Shown one piece after another: positions 1-10,949 of a DNA stretch of 64,000 nucleotides. Made by a program: the position numbers and the translations under genes. Each line of letters opens with the position of its first letter. Positions within the stretch are counted from its first letter, which is position 1. Origin of the DNA: Nitrosopumilaceae archaeon. Its GTDB lineage: Archaea > Thermoproteota > Nitrososphaeria > Nitrososphaerales > Nitrosopumilaceae. The stretch is taken from positions 2,560,001 through 2,624,000 of the forward strand of contig CBDCCK010000002.1 in assembly GCA_965214835.1 (NCBI GenBank). The letters are read 5' to 3'. Under the pieces are notes generated by a model. It worked only from the letters and a program-made list of their open reading frames with translations, had not been told where the DNA came from and did not search any database.

Positions 1-1111
1 TCACGGCTGCCGCCTCGGTCCCCTCCTCGTTTACATCGACAAACGCCTTTTGTACCGACTTGCTTACGAACATTTTTCGATCCGACACGTCTGCGATGCC
101 CGAAAGATTGGCCTTGTGGGGATCAAAGACGTCTGTCACTCCAAGCCTCGTCAGGGAGTCTGCGACGTCATAGTGCGTCTCCATCCTGAACTTTGGCATC
201 GACACCCTCACGTCCGTCTGGAGCATGTCTTTATTCCATTTCTGTATGAGATCAGCCGAGAGCGTCTCCTGCAGCGGATCCATCCCGTCCCTGTCTGCCG
301 GCAGTATTACCAGCATGGAGAGCCGATCACCCTTGTATGGAAGCCTGAGCACCTGCACGCCGTCCTGCTGCGTATGGTCGAACATGCTCACCACGTTCAT
401 AAAGTCCGTCCTGACGCTCTGCGTGCCGTCCTTCCAGAACTCGGACTCGCGCGTGTTCTCCTCTGGAAACTGCGTCACCCACGTTCCCTTGAAGTATATG
501 GCGTTTGCCAGGACAAGCGCGGTCAGGTGATTTACATCCTCGGGTGCGAGTATCTTCTTTATCTTTTCGCGCGTCTTCTCATACGCCCAGCTGTTTATCC
601 TGTCCGTGCTGCCCTGCGAGTCTTTAAAGTCAACGCGCTCGATGTCGGCAAGGTATGTGCCGCGTATGGTATTCACATACGAGTCATACGGTGCAAGCCA
701 GTCGGCAAGCCACATCGAGTTTGCCAGCTCCAGCGTCGAGTGTGGATCGTATCTGGAAATGGAGGACATCGTATGTGCAGTAGCGTTGTGGCGCGTCTGC
801 TCGTCTGGATCAAAGCCAAAGGCAGTCTGTATCTGCTCTGCACTGTCGCCTCCTGCCCCCTCGTACAGCATGGAAAAGACCACGTATATGCTGGCAGGCG
901 AGAAGAAGATGTTCTTATCATTGTCTGAGACCTGCTTGTAAAAGTCTACTGCAAAGCCGTTGTTTGCAGACGCGATATCCTCTGGAATCGCAGCGGATCC
1001 TAGCTGCAAAAATGCAACTATGGAGTGCGGTACCGTCGTTTCGGCGTACAAAAAGACGGATGCCGCAATCACAACGGCGGCTGCTGCTACGGCATAGAGG
1101 CGCCTTTTCAT
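1..1111 (-). CDS. Serpin (serine protease inhibitor), N-terminal signal/anchor, runs off the window edge
   Basis: Manual translation (missing from the ORF track): MKRRLYAVAAAAVVIAASVFLY...ANNGFAVDFY...NIFFSPASI...KAFVDVNEEGTEAAAV (serpin hinge motif). Start overlaps the upstream stop (ATGA). Confidence 0.92.
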   Translation of the reverse strand, partial: MKRRLYAVAAAAVVIAASVFLYAETTVPHSIVAFLQLGSAAIPEDIASANNGFAVDFYKQVSDNDKNIFFSPASIYVVFSMLYEGAGGDSAEQIQTAFGFDPDEQTRHNATAHTMSSISRYDPHSTLELANSMWLADWLAPYDSYVNTIRGTYLADIERVDFKDSQGSTDRINSWAYEKTREKIKKILAPEDVNHLTALVLANAIYFKGTWVTQFPEENTRESEFWKDGTQSVRTDFMNVVSMFDHTQQDGVQVLRLPYKGDRLSMLVILPADRDGMDPLQETLSADLIQKWNKDMLQTDVRVSMPKFRMETHYDVADSLTRLGVTDVFDPHKANLSGIADVSDRKMFVSKSVQKAFVDVNEEGTEAAAV

Positions 1112-1368
1112 GGAACGATCACCGTGTATGGCTCGCGATCATGGTCCTGCAAGTCCGATGCGGTGACCCAGAAGACATATGTGCCCGCTGCCGTGCCGTG
1201 ATCCGTCACCGATACGGAGCCTTCCGGCATGCTGTCCAGTATGCCCGGTATGCCAGAATGCGCCGAGCTCGTATCGTCTTGGGTGGTCTGCGACATGAAG
1301 GCTGCCGGAGGAATAAAGAGAGCCATTGAGAATAATACCATGAGAAGAATCGCCGTTCTGGTATTCAC
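1108..1368 (-). CDS. Small secreted/membrane hypothetical protein coupled to the serpin
   Basis: Hydrophobic N-terminus MNTRTAILLMVLFSMALF; ATGA overlap with the serpin start. Confidence 0.55.
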   Translation of the reverse strand: MNTRTAILLMVLFSMALFIPPAAFMSQTTQDDTSSAHSGIPGILDSMPEGSVSVTDHGTAAGTYVFWVTASDLQDHDREPYTVIVP

Positions 1369-1648
1369 AGTATACCGATGGAATCTTTAACCCATTTAAC
1401 ACTTACAAACCGTGTTGTGTTCTTAATTTCCCAAGTTTTATTTAGTTTGTAGCAGACTTTGTAATCGACCGTGTTCAAACTCAGCGGGGTTTTCCAGGCG
1501 CAGCTGCGTTGATCAGATCAAGCTGTTGCGTGCAGATGTGTCATGACGCGCGCAAGAATCGGCTCATGCCAAAAAGACGTACGCAATGACATAGCACAGT
1601 GATGTGCCCCGCCAAGTCAGAGAAAAAGGCAGCCCGTGCCGCCGTACG

Positions 1649-2629
1649 TCATATGTCAAGACGGCGATACTTTTTCTTTTTCAGTATAGTCTTGAGGTAC
1701 TCAAGGCCCGCAATTACCTGCATGAGATAGCTTGGATCCCTGGCGGTTCCGCCAAACGGCGTGGTCAGGATGGCATATCTCCTGGGCTTCCCTATGTAGT
1801 GCTCCACCCTGACGCGAACCCCACTGATCTGCCTGCGGTGCCTCTTCTGCGTCGCGGCAAGCTCCCCGTCTCCGGGCTTCTTGGGAGGCTGCCTGCGTAT
1901 GGCACCCGGAGGCATCCTTTTGATGCCATCAAAGCCCAGGTCGCTGTAAACTATAAACGCCGTTTCCCGGATCGTCTGCGTTTTCTGCGTTCCTCATTGC
2001 TCTCGTGTGTCTTCAAGTCCGGGCCGCCTCCCGCGTTCATCAGGCCCTTGTCGTTGACGCTGCCATCTACAGTCTCGCTGCAGTCCGGCGCGAGGCCGTC
2101 TAGGTTCGTGGTGACCGGCGTGTTGTACATGCGCCTCTTTTTTCTTCCCGTGTACCTGGTCTTTCTTGCAGTCTTGTCCCCGGGCCTGTCTGCCGGGGTC
2201 ATGGTTCCGTCAATCAGGATCGTCTTTGGGATCATCTCCTCTATCCTGTCTGCCGGGGTCTTGCAGATGACGTCCGCCATCTCTTCGGCAGTAGGCAGCA
2301 TCCGGCATAGTATCATGATACAGTACCAGAGGCACCAGGACATCGTAGACTGGACGTCAAATGTTGCAGCCAGACGGTGCTGCGTCGCGCCGGTCCTCAG
2401 GCTCGTGAGCTTTGCAGGCAGCGCGTGCCTGACGTGCAGCTTGCACCGGTTTCCGGCATCGCTGCTGCTCGCGTCGTCCTCCCAGAACAGGGACCTGTCC
2501 CCGTCGGCCATGACCGCCTCTGTAAAGCGCCCCAGCATGGTTCCCAGACGATACCCTTGCTAGCATGTTGATTGGTTTGGCATACATCATATGTACATTT
2601 GATCAAAACCCCTAACTTCGAATCAACCC
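1649..2629 (-). pseudogene. Degenerate IS5-family (ISL2-like, DDE_Tnp_4) transposase
   Basis: Fragments LRTGATQHRLAATFDV, LIDGT, YTGRKKR, GSVND and RVRVEHYIG split over frames; left end resembles MITE family 2 and the 9214 element. Confidence 0.7.
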
Positions 2630-2663
2630 CCAGGGACTAGATAAGGGAAGCGGAGACAGACAG

Positions 2664-3233
2664 ATGGCCATCATGAACACCATGGATATTTTTAAAAAGA
2701 CAAATAATGGAGGGAGCGCCAGATTTAGCATGAATGAAAAATTCCAGGCGTTTTTGAACGCATGCGACATCGATGTCGTAGAGAGGGGGATACTGCCCGA
2801 TGCCAGGCTGCCAGGCGACCATTCACGGCCAGACAACGTCCTCTATCGTACCGGAAAGGAAACTGAGATCAGGACGATGGACTGTACGATCACTTTTGGG
2901 CCGCACACCTGCTATGGGCACCACATGATGACGCACAACACGTACTATGTCAGCGTACACGGCAAACCGTTTGACTTTCTGGTCGCATACGGGATGTGTC
3001 ACGCCCTCAAATGCAAGAAAAACATCACCAATGGCAAGATCATAGCATATACGAACATATACGAACGTGACGGCAGCAAGTACATCAGCTTTGACGTGGT
3101 GAATAGAAGAGGCCTAAGCAGTTTCATGATATCCCTGCGTATGAACAATCCGGAGGCAGTCATGGTAAACGAGAAAAAATTCACAAAGATTGTCAAGGAT
3201 TTCATCTATTCTAACACATCCTCCTCCACATAG
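2664..3233 (+). CDS. Hypothetical protein
   Basis: 189-aa ORF with plausible composition; no motif recognised. Confidence 0.55.
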   Translation: MAIMNTMDIFKKTNNGGSARFSMNEKFQAFLNACDIDVVERGILPDARLPGDHSRPDNVLYRTGKETEIRTMDCTITFGPHTCYGHHMMTHNTYYVSVHGKPFDFLVAYGMCHALKCKKNITNGKIIAYTNIYERDGSKYISFDVVNRRGLSSFMISLRMNNPEAVMVNEKKFTKIVKDFIYSNTSSST

Positions 3234-3253
3234 GCCAAGTCCTGGCTTGCAGG

Positions 3254-3359
3254 CAACAGGTCGGGCTCGAAGCCGTCACTGATTTTAGGCACAAATTCTG
3301 TTTTGATCGATACTCATTGGTGGCAAAATTCATGCCTGGACTTCCAGTCTGACCTGTTA
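3254..3359. mobile_element. MITE family 5 (about 105 bp, TIR YAACAGSTCGG); other copies at about 14924-15033, 40285-40390 and 58837-58942
   Basis: Shared internal sequence (gaagccgt..tgattt.aggcac.aat) and inverted ends in four copies. Confidence 0.7.
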
Positions 3360-3464
3360 TTTGTGGTCAGACTGCTCTAATGTAGTATGAGTTTACCCCT
3401 TCACCTACTTGGTGAATTCTTCCTGACCGCCCGATCTACAAGATAGCACTACCTAGAAAAATGC

Positions 3465-3740
3465 ATGTCATCAGGCTCGGAGGTCAGGATACTGCGCGAC
3501 GAGATAGCCCGCCTCATAGCGGAGATTGGCAAGATGAAAAGGGAATTTGCCACAAGAAACGAGGAGCTTGCCACACAGCTGGCCGAGGCCACGGCACGAA
3601 TCGCGATGCTGGAGGCAGAAAACCGGCAGCTCAGACAGCACATCAAATATTACGAAAACCCGCACACCCCCTCCTCGCAGAACTCGATTCCGACCAGGCA
3701 GAAAAAGGCTGCCGCAAAGGCATCAGGCAGCAGACCGGCG
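3465..3740 (+). pseudogene. N-terminal fragment of an IS66-family transposase; a degenerate second copy lies at about 58700-58810
   Basis: Coiled coil followed by YYENPHTPSSQ, like LYESPNMPTS of the full IS66 copies. Confidence 0.6.
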
Positions 3741-3796
3741 ATACAGGTAGTAATCTATATCACAAAATACCACTTGGTGGCAGGCTGTGAAACAAG

Positions 3797-4022
3797 GTGA
3801 AGATCAGCACAATAGTCGACAAGATTAGACTGGAAAAAAAAGAGTTTGTTACATCAGACGAGTTGGAGAAATACTGTAAGGCATTCAAAATCGATCACAG
3901 GGCAGCCATCCACTATCTCACAAAAATGAGGTACCTAGTGAGGATATTCAGAGGCATATTCTATGTAAGGACCCTTAAAGAGTTCAAGCTTGGGATGACC
4001 ACAAGGTATAACCACTTAACTA
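3797..4022 (+). pseudogene. Truncated AbiEi-like (type IV TA antitoxin) wHTH gene, cut by IS630
   Basis: YLTKMRYLVRIFRGIFY resembles the AbiEi N-terminal L..R..RG.Y motif; ends at the IS630 TIR. Confidence 0.55.
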
Positions 4023-5118
4023 TACTGATGACCATTGAAAATTTCGCCTCCCTTACAAGCTGCGCTCAAGATACTTGTAGATGTCAACCCTGATGGAACA
4101 CGTCCTAAAGTATTCCGAGACGGCCTTTTTGAGGTGATCCACCGTGTCGTAAAAGGCCGACGTGACCAGCCTGTACTTGGCATCCTTCCAGACTGCCTCT
4201 ATGGCGCTCAGCTCCGGCCTAGCTACCGGCAGGTACAGCAAGACAACGTCGGGATTTTTCTTTAGGTATCTGCGGACCTTTTTGGTCTTGTGCTGTGCTG
4301 CGTTGTCCATCACCATCAGGACCTTTCCCCACTTTTTATGCGCCTGTTTAAGATAATGCACAAAGTTTGCGCTGTTGAACTTGTCGTACGTGCGCATCAG
4401 CCTGGTTCCGTCGTCTGCAATCGTTCCATACACCACGACGCGCTCCCTTCTGCCGGATCGTTCCACCTCGATCCTGTCCCCCACGGGCGACCAGAACTTT
4501 TTGCCGTCCCTTCCCGTACTGACGAATATCGATTCGTCCTGTACGGTTATCCTAAATCCGCGCCTTTTTGCAAGCTTTATCGCAGTTTTTGCCTCTCTTT
4601 GCCACCGTCTTACCGCCTTTGCGTCGGCAGCGTCTGCCAGCCTGGTGGTTGACGTCTTTAACGAGAATCCCATCGTGCGCAGGATTCTTCTGATGCTTCC
4701 CACGCTGTATGTGACATGCAGCCTGCGGCGCGCCCAGTTGCACAGCTTCTTCGGGGTGAGCTTTTCCATCCTGCGCAGCCTCGTGGTGATCTTTTTTATC
4801 CTGCCGACCGGAACTTTTGGCTTTTTGCCCCTGTCAGGGGAGTCACGGAGGCCGTCAATGCCGTCAAGCTCGAACCTTTCAACCCACATCTGTACTGTAC
4901 GCTGTGTCACGTCGGCAATCTCCGCAGTATGTGCGGTGGTGTTGCCAAGCAGTACGGAGCGCACCGCCATGATTCTGGTGTGAGTCTTGAGATCCTTTTC
5001 GACATGCATGGCATCCGTGAGGATTTTCGTCTTGTTCATGCCGGGAGTGACATGGTGGGGAGCTATAAACCTTTACAAGATGTGTGATCAGGCGAAATTT
5101 TCAATGACCATCAGTATA
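4021..5118 (-). mobile_element. IS630-family element, intact transposase at 4053-5039
   Basis: 29-bp TIR TATACTGATG(AC/GT)CATTGAAAATTTCGCCT including TA; QDES, MDNA and PELSAIE DDE motifs. Confidence 0.92.
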
Positions 5119-5139
5119 GACGCACTTTTGCAGACCTGA

Positions 5140-5286
5140 CGCGGCAGTCCTCCGCAGGTTGGGATTTTACGCTACTGCTGGTCGCAGGCGAGCTTGTCGT
5201 GGAGGCCAGAAGTCTTGCAGAACACGTGTTTGCCGGCCAGCCGTAGTATCTGGGCGGTCTCTGGAGGTTACATTTCCACCTACTGA
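5140..5286 (+). mobile_element. 3' end remnant of an ISH3-like element (also at about 43200-43336)
   Basis: Similar to the 3' end of the 37591-38222 element, ending GTTACATTTCC..CTACTG. Confidence 0.6.
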
Positions 5287-5330
5287 CTTGCAGTCTTTCC
5301 AAATGTAACCGGACTCATGGCGGTGCAGAT

Positions 5331-5465
5331 GGTTGATTCGAAATTAGCAGATTCTGATTATTTGTGAACGGGTTTGTATGAAGCAGCTCAAAACATCGAC
5401 AGAATGCAAGTTATCTGTGAAATCACTTGAAAAATTCGCACGGCTTCTGATTTTGGATCAATTCT
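5331..5465. mobile_element. MITE family 2 (about 135 bp, IS5/ISL2-derived); copies at 10807-10941, 13001-13138 and 50782-50909
   Basis: Ends of type GTTGATTCGAAATTAGCAGA...CTTCTGATTTYGGATCA, similar to the ends of the 9214 IS5. Confidence 0.7.
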
Positions 5466-5532
5466 TTGGAGGCGGGCAAACTCTACTGTCGTGCAGTCGC
5501 ATATGCTTTTATAACATCGCAGGCATCATCTC

Positions 5533-5967
5533 TTGTTGGAAGAGTCCGACGTTTGTAAGTTAATGGACGATGCAGGTATTCAATACAAAAAGATTCAGGA
5601 ATGTCCGCCGTCCTACCTGTATGCCTTACTTGCAACAAAGGACACCATAATGATGCTTGGCAAGTCGGATCTGGTTGAGCTGCAGGCCACGCACCCCTTC
5701 AGTGCCGAGATAACGGAGAAATTCTTCCAGACGAATGAATCCTCCAAAAACGTGATCAGGTACGAGCTGGAGCACATGCTGGCGACTCTGGACATCAGGC
5801 ACAAGATAATAGTAAACGACAGCAAGCGGTTTTTCGGTTTTTCACTATCCATATTTTTACGGGACAACACGTCTGCCGTCGATTTTCTCAATTCTTACAA
5901 CAAAGTCAAGGAGACAAGGGAACTCCTAGGAATGCGGGCAGTCACCCTCATTCAACGTCCCGCATGA
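5533..5967 (+). CDS. Hypothetical protein
   Basis: 144-aa ORF, first of three co-oriented genes. Confidence 0.55.
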   Translation: MLEESDVCKLMDDAGIQYKKIQECPPSYLYALLATKDTIMMLGKSDLVELQATHPFSAEITEKFFQTNESSKNVIRYELEHMLATLDIRHKIIVNDSKRFFGFSLSIFLRDNTSAVDFLNSYNKVKETRELLGMRAVTLIQRPA

Positions 5968-5983
5968 TGCGAGTGCGAATGCC

Positions 5984-6565
5984 ATGACACACGTGAGTGA
6001 CTCAAGTATGACGCAACACTTTGGTAGCATGATGACTGTCAAGGACCAAGACAATATCTACAAACAGACGAAGTGGCCAGCCCATTTTGTTGCACGAATT
6101 CTTATTGCACTGCAGGACCACGCCATACCGTACGATGGCGGTGCAGGCACCTCCAAGGACGTCATACCGTACGATGGCGGTGCAGGCACCTCCAAGGACG
6201 TCATAATGAGGAATCTGGACAGGATCATCTCCGAGGCAGCTGCAAAATATGACGAGGTCGACGTAGAGGATCTAAGGGGATTCGTTTCAGATCCGGCCGT
6301 CTTGTACATTCCACGCCTGCCGGAACGCCTCTCTGCGGTATTTGATGCAATACATGCATTCATAGGCAGACTAGATCATGCCGGAAAATCCCGAATTGGC
6401 GTGTTTCATGACGGCGACTCTGAAGACAAGCTTATCACCACAAAGTGGTACGTCAGCGCATCAGTCGACCAATGCATAAAATGGACAAATGAGATGGTCT
6501 CTGCAATTATTGAGATGGATGAGGACATGCTTGACATAATTATGGTACAGGTCGTTCCCAAATGA
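5984..6565 (+). CDS. Hypothetical protein, putative partner (antitoxin) of the HEPN gene; internal 39-bp tandem duplication
   Basis: ATGA overlap with the HEPN gene; IPYDGGAGTSKDV twice (6124-6201). Confidence 0.6.
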   Translation: MTHVSDSSMTQHFGSMMTVKDQDNIYKQTKWPAHFVARILIALQDHAIPYDGGAGTSKDVIPYDGGAGTSKDVIMRNLDRIISEAAAKYDEVDVEDLRGFVSDPAVLYIPRLPERLSAVFDAIHAFIGRLDHAGKSRIGVFHDGDSEDKLITTKWYVSASVDQCIKWTNEMVSAIIEMDEDMLDIIMVQVVPK

Positions 6566-7035
6566 GCGGTGATGGCTTTGAGCCCGGAGACTATCTGGAG
6601 ATCAGCTCGTCCATAGAAACGTCCCTCAAGGCCGACGCGGACATAAGGATGAAAAAGCACGCGGCGTGGATGCGCTGTGCGGTCAGCAGGGCATACTATT
6701 CTGCATTCCTGTCAATACGATCCAAGTTTGAAAAGGATGCGGAGCTGCGCAAGTACCTCAAAGAAAGCGGCAATCCCCACAAAGCCATTACCGATGGCCT
6801 GAGCGCGGACATGAAGACACATGCACACATCATGAACCTTCTGCGAGAAGCCCGGAACTGGTGCGACTATGATCTGCCACCCAAGTTTTCCGTCTGCACC
6901 GAGGTGGTGGAATGGGCCAATAAGCAAGCGAAGTGGCTGATTGCATGCTCCTCGGACATGGCTCGGACGTATGACGTACGAAAGGCCAGGACCGCCAACC
7001 AACGCCGTCGAATCAGCAGACAGCGGCAAGGATAA
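6562..7035 (+). CDS. HEPN-domain protein (UPF0332-like)
   Basis: AVSRAYYSAF, H..I and LREARNWCDY motifs. Confidence 0.85.
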   Translation: MSGDGFEPGDYLEISSSIETSLKADADIRMKKHAAWMRCAVSRAYYSAFLSIRSKFEKDAELRKYLKESGNPHKAITDGLSADMKTHAHIMNLLREARNWCDYDLPPKFSVCTEVVEWANKQAKWLIACSSDMARTYDVRKARTANQRRRISRQRQG

Positions 7036-8240
7036 AGCGTCCTAGAAATGATTGGAGATTAGCAGATTTTGACCCGCACGGGAACGAATCCGTACCTGAC
7101 GGATCCAAGTTAACGTCTCCTCATCTAGAGGCGGTCATCGCCTAATTCCATTTATCTGGTTCAACCTGGGTTGTTTCCTAATTCGCCAGAATTCCTGAAA
7201 ACCGTTGAGATGCCATATGGATCAGGCGTGCAAAAGGGCGGAAATTCAGAAAAATGTGCGGGTAGGGCCAGATAAATGGAATTAGGCGACAACCCCGCTG
7301 GCACGTACAAAAGGCCGGCCGGGGGTTTTTTCCTGACGCCGACGCGCCTTTTTTTTATGAAGTTCGACGGGAAGAAATTCGAGATGAGAGTGAATCACAA
7401 GGACGACGTAATGACCGGCATGCTGTATGAGCGACGCCGGTTTTTGGACGATGGCCGGATAATCATCGCCAGGATCAGGAAAAACCTGTAGTCTTGAGGC
7501 CGCCTGACACGGGGCTGTATCTGTGCGTGGACTAATCCATGCAGTGCCTTCCCTTGAGGATAATGTGCCCCTGTGTGTTTACCAAAAGTGGCGTAAAAGA
7601 TGCCTGGTTTTTTCGATCTGTGCTGACTACGCGAGAGGCCTAGCGCAAGACGATCCGATGTGATCCATGTCAAGGTCTTCGGCTGTGGTGCGGCCCCCTG
7701 ATAGACTAGTAGACGTATGGGATCCCGTCCACCCGCCATCCTGGGATTCCACTTGGGCACAAAATTCCAACCCAAAGAAGATCTGGGTTTCATGTCCCGA
7801 AGATTGCACAGAACCATTGGGCGGGGAACTGGGACATTAACGGGTGTTTCTTCTCCTTGGGACACGCCGGGTGCCGGAAATCTCCAATCTTGTAAGACTT
7901 AAAAACGGAGCATTTGTACGGTAGGCATCGGCACGGCATGGCCTTACTGGCCAATCAGGTGTTGGAGGTTTTACCTCAACACTTTTCATTTTAGGTTTAT
8001 CGCTCAACCCGACACGTCGGCTATATACGACGCCAAAAAAGTCATTCTGTGAAAATATGTGACTTTGTAGTGTCTGTGACGCGCATAGGCGACGTGGAAC
8101 CTAACTCTGTCGGCATAGTCAAGGAGATTCACGGCGCGTCGGCAAAGGTCTATTGTAAAAAAATAGACGGTGCAAAATGGCACCGATCCGGTTTCTCACC
8201 CGATATATTTTATATGTGACGTCCATTAATAAGTATTCGT

Positions 8241-8315
8241 GGGCCGGTGGTGTAATCGGGTAGCACAGTCCGGTTTCTCACCCGACTGGTACGGGTTCGA
8301 ATCCCGTCCGGTCCA
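8241..8315 (+). tRNA. Atypical tRNA or pseudo-tRNA: Glu(CTC)-like with 2 extra nt in the anticodon arm, or Arg(TCT) with a 6-bp stem
   Basis: Acceptor GGGCCGG/CCGGTCC, D stem GTGT/GCAC, T arm ACGGG-TTCGAAT-CCCGT; anticodon arm GTCCGGTTTCTCACCCGAC is 19 nt; TA-rich box about 30 bp upstream. Confidence 0.75.
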
Positions 8316-8344
8316 GCCCACACTTTTGATCAATCCGACGCAAA

Positions 8345-9213
8345 GTCGTGCGGCCAGACGTACTCCTTTTTGAGGGTCTTGTGGAAGGACTCGACATGTC
8401 CGTTCTGCTCGGGCGTGTTGTGCCAGATGTACTCGCACCGGACTCCCAGAATCTTCATGCTCTCCTTGAACTGGCGGCTCGTGTACTGGGTGCCGTTGTC
8501 GCTTCTGACCGGAAGCTTTCTTGCCTCGTCTGCCGAGATTGTAGAGACTGCCCTTGTCAGCGATTCGACTGCGACCTGTGCGGTGGCCTGCGTGGCAAAG
8601 ACGTATGCTATCCACTTCCGGGTGAACGTGTCAATCACGCTAAGGCAGTAGCACCACCCGTCTATACCGCACCAGACGTATGTAATGTCGGTCTCCCACA
8701 GCTGGTTTGGCCCTGTGAGCTTGAACCTGTCTCTTTTTCCTGCTCTTATTATGTCGTTTTTGGTCTTTTTAGGCGTGATCCAGCCTATTTTGCGGTATAT
8801 CTACTGTATCTTTTTGCGGTTTGTCGGCACGCCGGTCTCGCGGCTTATCTGGGCTGCCATGCGGCGCGTGCCGTATGTGGGCCTCTTGTTGCCGATCTCC
8901 CTGACAAGCGAGACCGTCTGCGGATCCGGTTCTGTCTGTCTTTGCGGCTTTTTTACGTGGTACCACGCAGTTCTGGAGGCGCCGCTGTACTGCAGGGTCT
9001 TGTCCATGCTCCAGCCCCTCTCCCTTAGCAGTATTGCAACGCTCACCTTTTGCCTGCCTCCAAGGTTTTTTTTAAAAGCGCATTGGCTATGGCATACTCG
9101 CCGATGATGTTTTTGAGCGACTCGTTCTCCTTTTGGAGCCTGCCTTCGGCCGTTGCAGGGCCGCTGCCTGACAGCGATGCGCGTCCGCCCTGCAAAAAGC
9201 GTTTCCTCCACTG
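8345..9213 (-). pseudogene. Truncated, frameshifted copy of the IS3-family element
   Basis: Near-identical to 20825-21695; in-frame stop and both ends missing. Confidence 0.9.
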
Positions 9214-10298
9214 AGAAGCGATTCTTAATTAGCAGATTTTGACCCACTTGGGCACTAATCTATGCCTGACGGATCAAAATACCTGTAAAACCATGTACAA
9301 ATCATGTGTTTGATCGATAGACTGACAAAAAACCCACGGACGTTCCGGATGTTTGCAGGAATGACCGAGGCAGAGTTTGACCAGCTGTGTACCGAGGTGC
9401 AAAAGAAATTTCCAGATACCGAGAAGAAGAGGCTCTCAAGGCCCGACCGTGTGCGGGATATAGGCGCAGGCAGGCCCTTTGCCCTGGATCTGAGGAACCG
9501 CGTACTGCTGGTCTTGTTCTACTACAGGACGTACGTCTCCCAGGACGTGGCTGGCGCCATGTTCGGTATAGGACAGGCGTCGGTCTCGCGCTCCATAAGC
9601 CTGACTGAGCCCCTGCTAAAACAATGCCTGCCGATCCCCGAGAAGATCTACAAGGACTCCAAGAGGATCTCCTCAGTCGAGGAGCTGGCCGAGATCTTCC
9701 CGGGGATGGTGTGCCTGACTGACGCCTCCGAGCAGCCCACAAACAGGCCCAAGAGAAAGGACATGGAAGAGTCGCACTATTCGGGCAAGGCAGGCACGCA
9801 CACGGCCAAGGTCCAGTATACGGTCAACATACACGGTGCCATAGTGCACAAGACCCCGCACTCGCCGGGGCGCGTAAACGACGTCAAGATATACCAGATG
9901 AAGCATCCCACGTTCTGGAGCGGTGAGGAGGACGGCGAGGAGCTGCGGCACTATATGGATCGCGGATACCAGGGTGCGCAGCACATCGATGCAGGGACGA
10001 AGGTTATACTTCCAATCAAGAAGAGTCCTGGCGGCAAGCTGACCGACGATGAAAAAGAGTACAACAGAACACACTCAAAGATACGGGTGTACGTGGAGAA
10101 TGGCATACGCAGGGTCAAGACATTCAAGATAATGAGCTACAAGTACAGAAACAGGCTCAGAAAGTACGATCTGGCCAACAGTATCGTGTGCGGGCTGGTC
10201 AACCTGAGGATACTGGAACGGATAGCCGCTGTGGCCTGAAAAACACGGCAGAAAACAACTGCAACCTGCCACTCGTAATTTAATTACGGATTGCTTCT
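9214..10298 (+). mobile_element. IS5-family (ISL2-like) element, transposase at 9304-10239
   Basis: TIR AGAAGC(G/A)AT(T/C)C(T/G)TAATTA flanked by CTG on both sides; TDASEQ, YSGK, MDRGYQG and RVYVENGI motifs. Confidence 0.9.
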
Positions 10299-10347
10299 CT
10301 GCGGTTACGATAACAATCTTAAAAGCGTGGCTGGACATATAAAATCC

Positions 10348-10557
10348 ATGAAGACAAGAAGGTTTACCGTGCAGGTGATCAAGTCTCCTGAAGGCGGATA
10401 TACGGGCAGGTGCCTTGAACTGCCCGCTGCCATAAGCGAGGCAGACACGATCGAGCAGCTAGAGACAAACATGAGAGAGGTCATCACTCTGGTCTTGGAG
10501 GTCATTGAGGAAAAAACAAGACCCGACCAGAAAATTACCATCGAGATCCCAAATTGA
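10348..10557 (+). CDS. hicB: HicB-family antitoxin
   Basis: EGGYTGRCLELPAAISEADTIEQLETNMREVI. Confidence 0.85.
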   Translation: MKTRRFTVQVIKSPEGGYTGRCLELPAAISEADTIEQLETNMREVITLVLEVIEEKTRPDQKITIEIPN

Positions 10558-10769
10558 GCCTTAGGAACCACAATTGGCTGGATGTCACAAAGGCACTGGG
10601 CAGGTTTGGATACTATGTAAACAGGCAGAGAGGAAGCCATATTATTTTGCAAAACAAAGCTGGCAATATCGTTCCGGTGCCAAGACATTCCCCAATAAGA
10701 GAATCCACACTGAAAGTGATCCTAGCGCAGGCCAAAATATCAAGGGATGATTTTCTAAAACATGTCTGA
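10554..10769 (+). CDS. hicA: HicA-family toxin
   Basis: RQRGSHIIL...VPVPRH...TLKVILAQA; overlaps the hicB stop. Confidence 0.9.
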   Translation: MSLRNHNWLDVTKALGRFGYYVNRQRGSHIILQNKAGNIVPVPRHSPIRESTLKVILAQAKISRDDFLKHV

Positions 10770-10949
10770 TCTTTTTGGGACGGGGGTTGCTCATGTATGT
10801 TCTCCTGAGAGGTGATCCGAAATCAGGGATCATGCGAGTTTCTCAAGTGACTTCAGACAGTTTGCATTTTGCTGGTATTTTGGACTGTCATGCAGATTCG
10901 TTCGCAAACAATCAGAATCTGCTGATCTCGAATCGACTCTCGGCACGGG

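Noticed and set aside
50-928. 292-aa + strand ORF and similar long antisense ORFs (1604-2563, 21126-22016, 33807-34760, 45087-46196, 54327-55136)
   Set aside because: Shadow frames of serpin, transposase, AIM24 and SNF2 genes in GC-rich DNA.
7490-7900. Structured ncRNA or integrase remnant next to the tRNA
   Set aside because: Part is a MITE family 3 copy; no convincing R-H-R-H-Y integrase motifs or RNA fold could be supported.
8241-8315. tRNA-Sec or tRNA-Pyl
   Set aside because: No long variable arm or extended acceptor stem, TCA cannot be centred in the loop, and there is no CTA anticodon.
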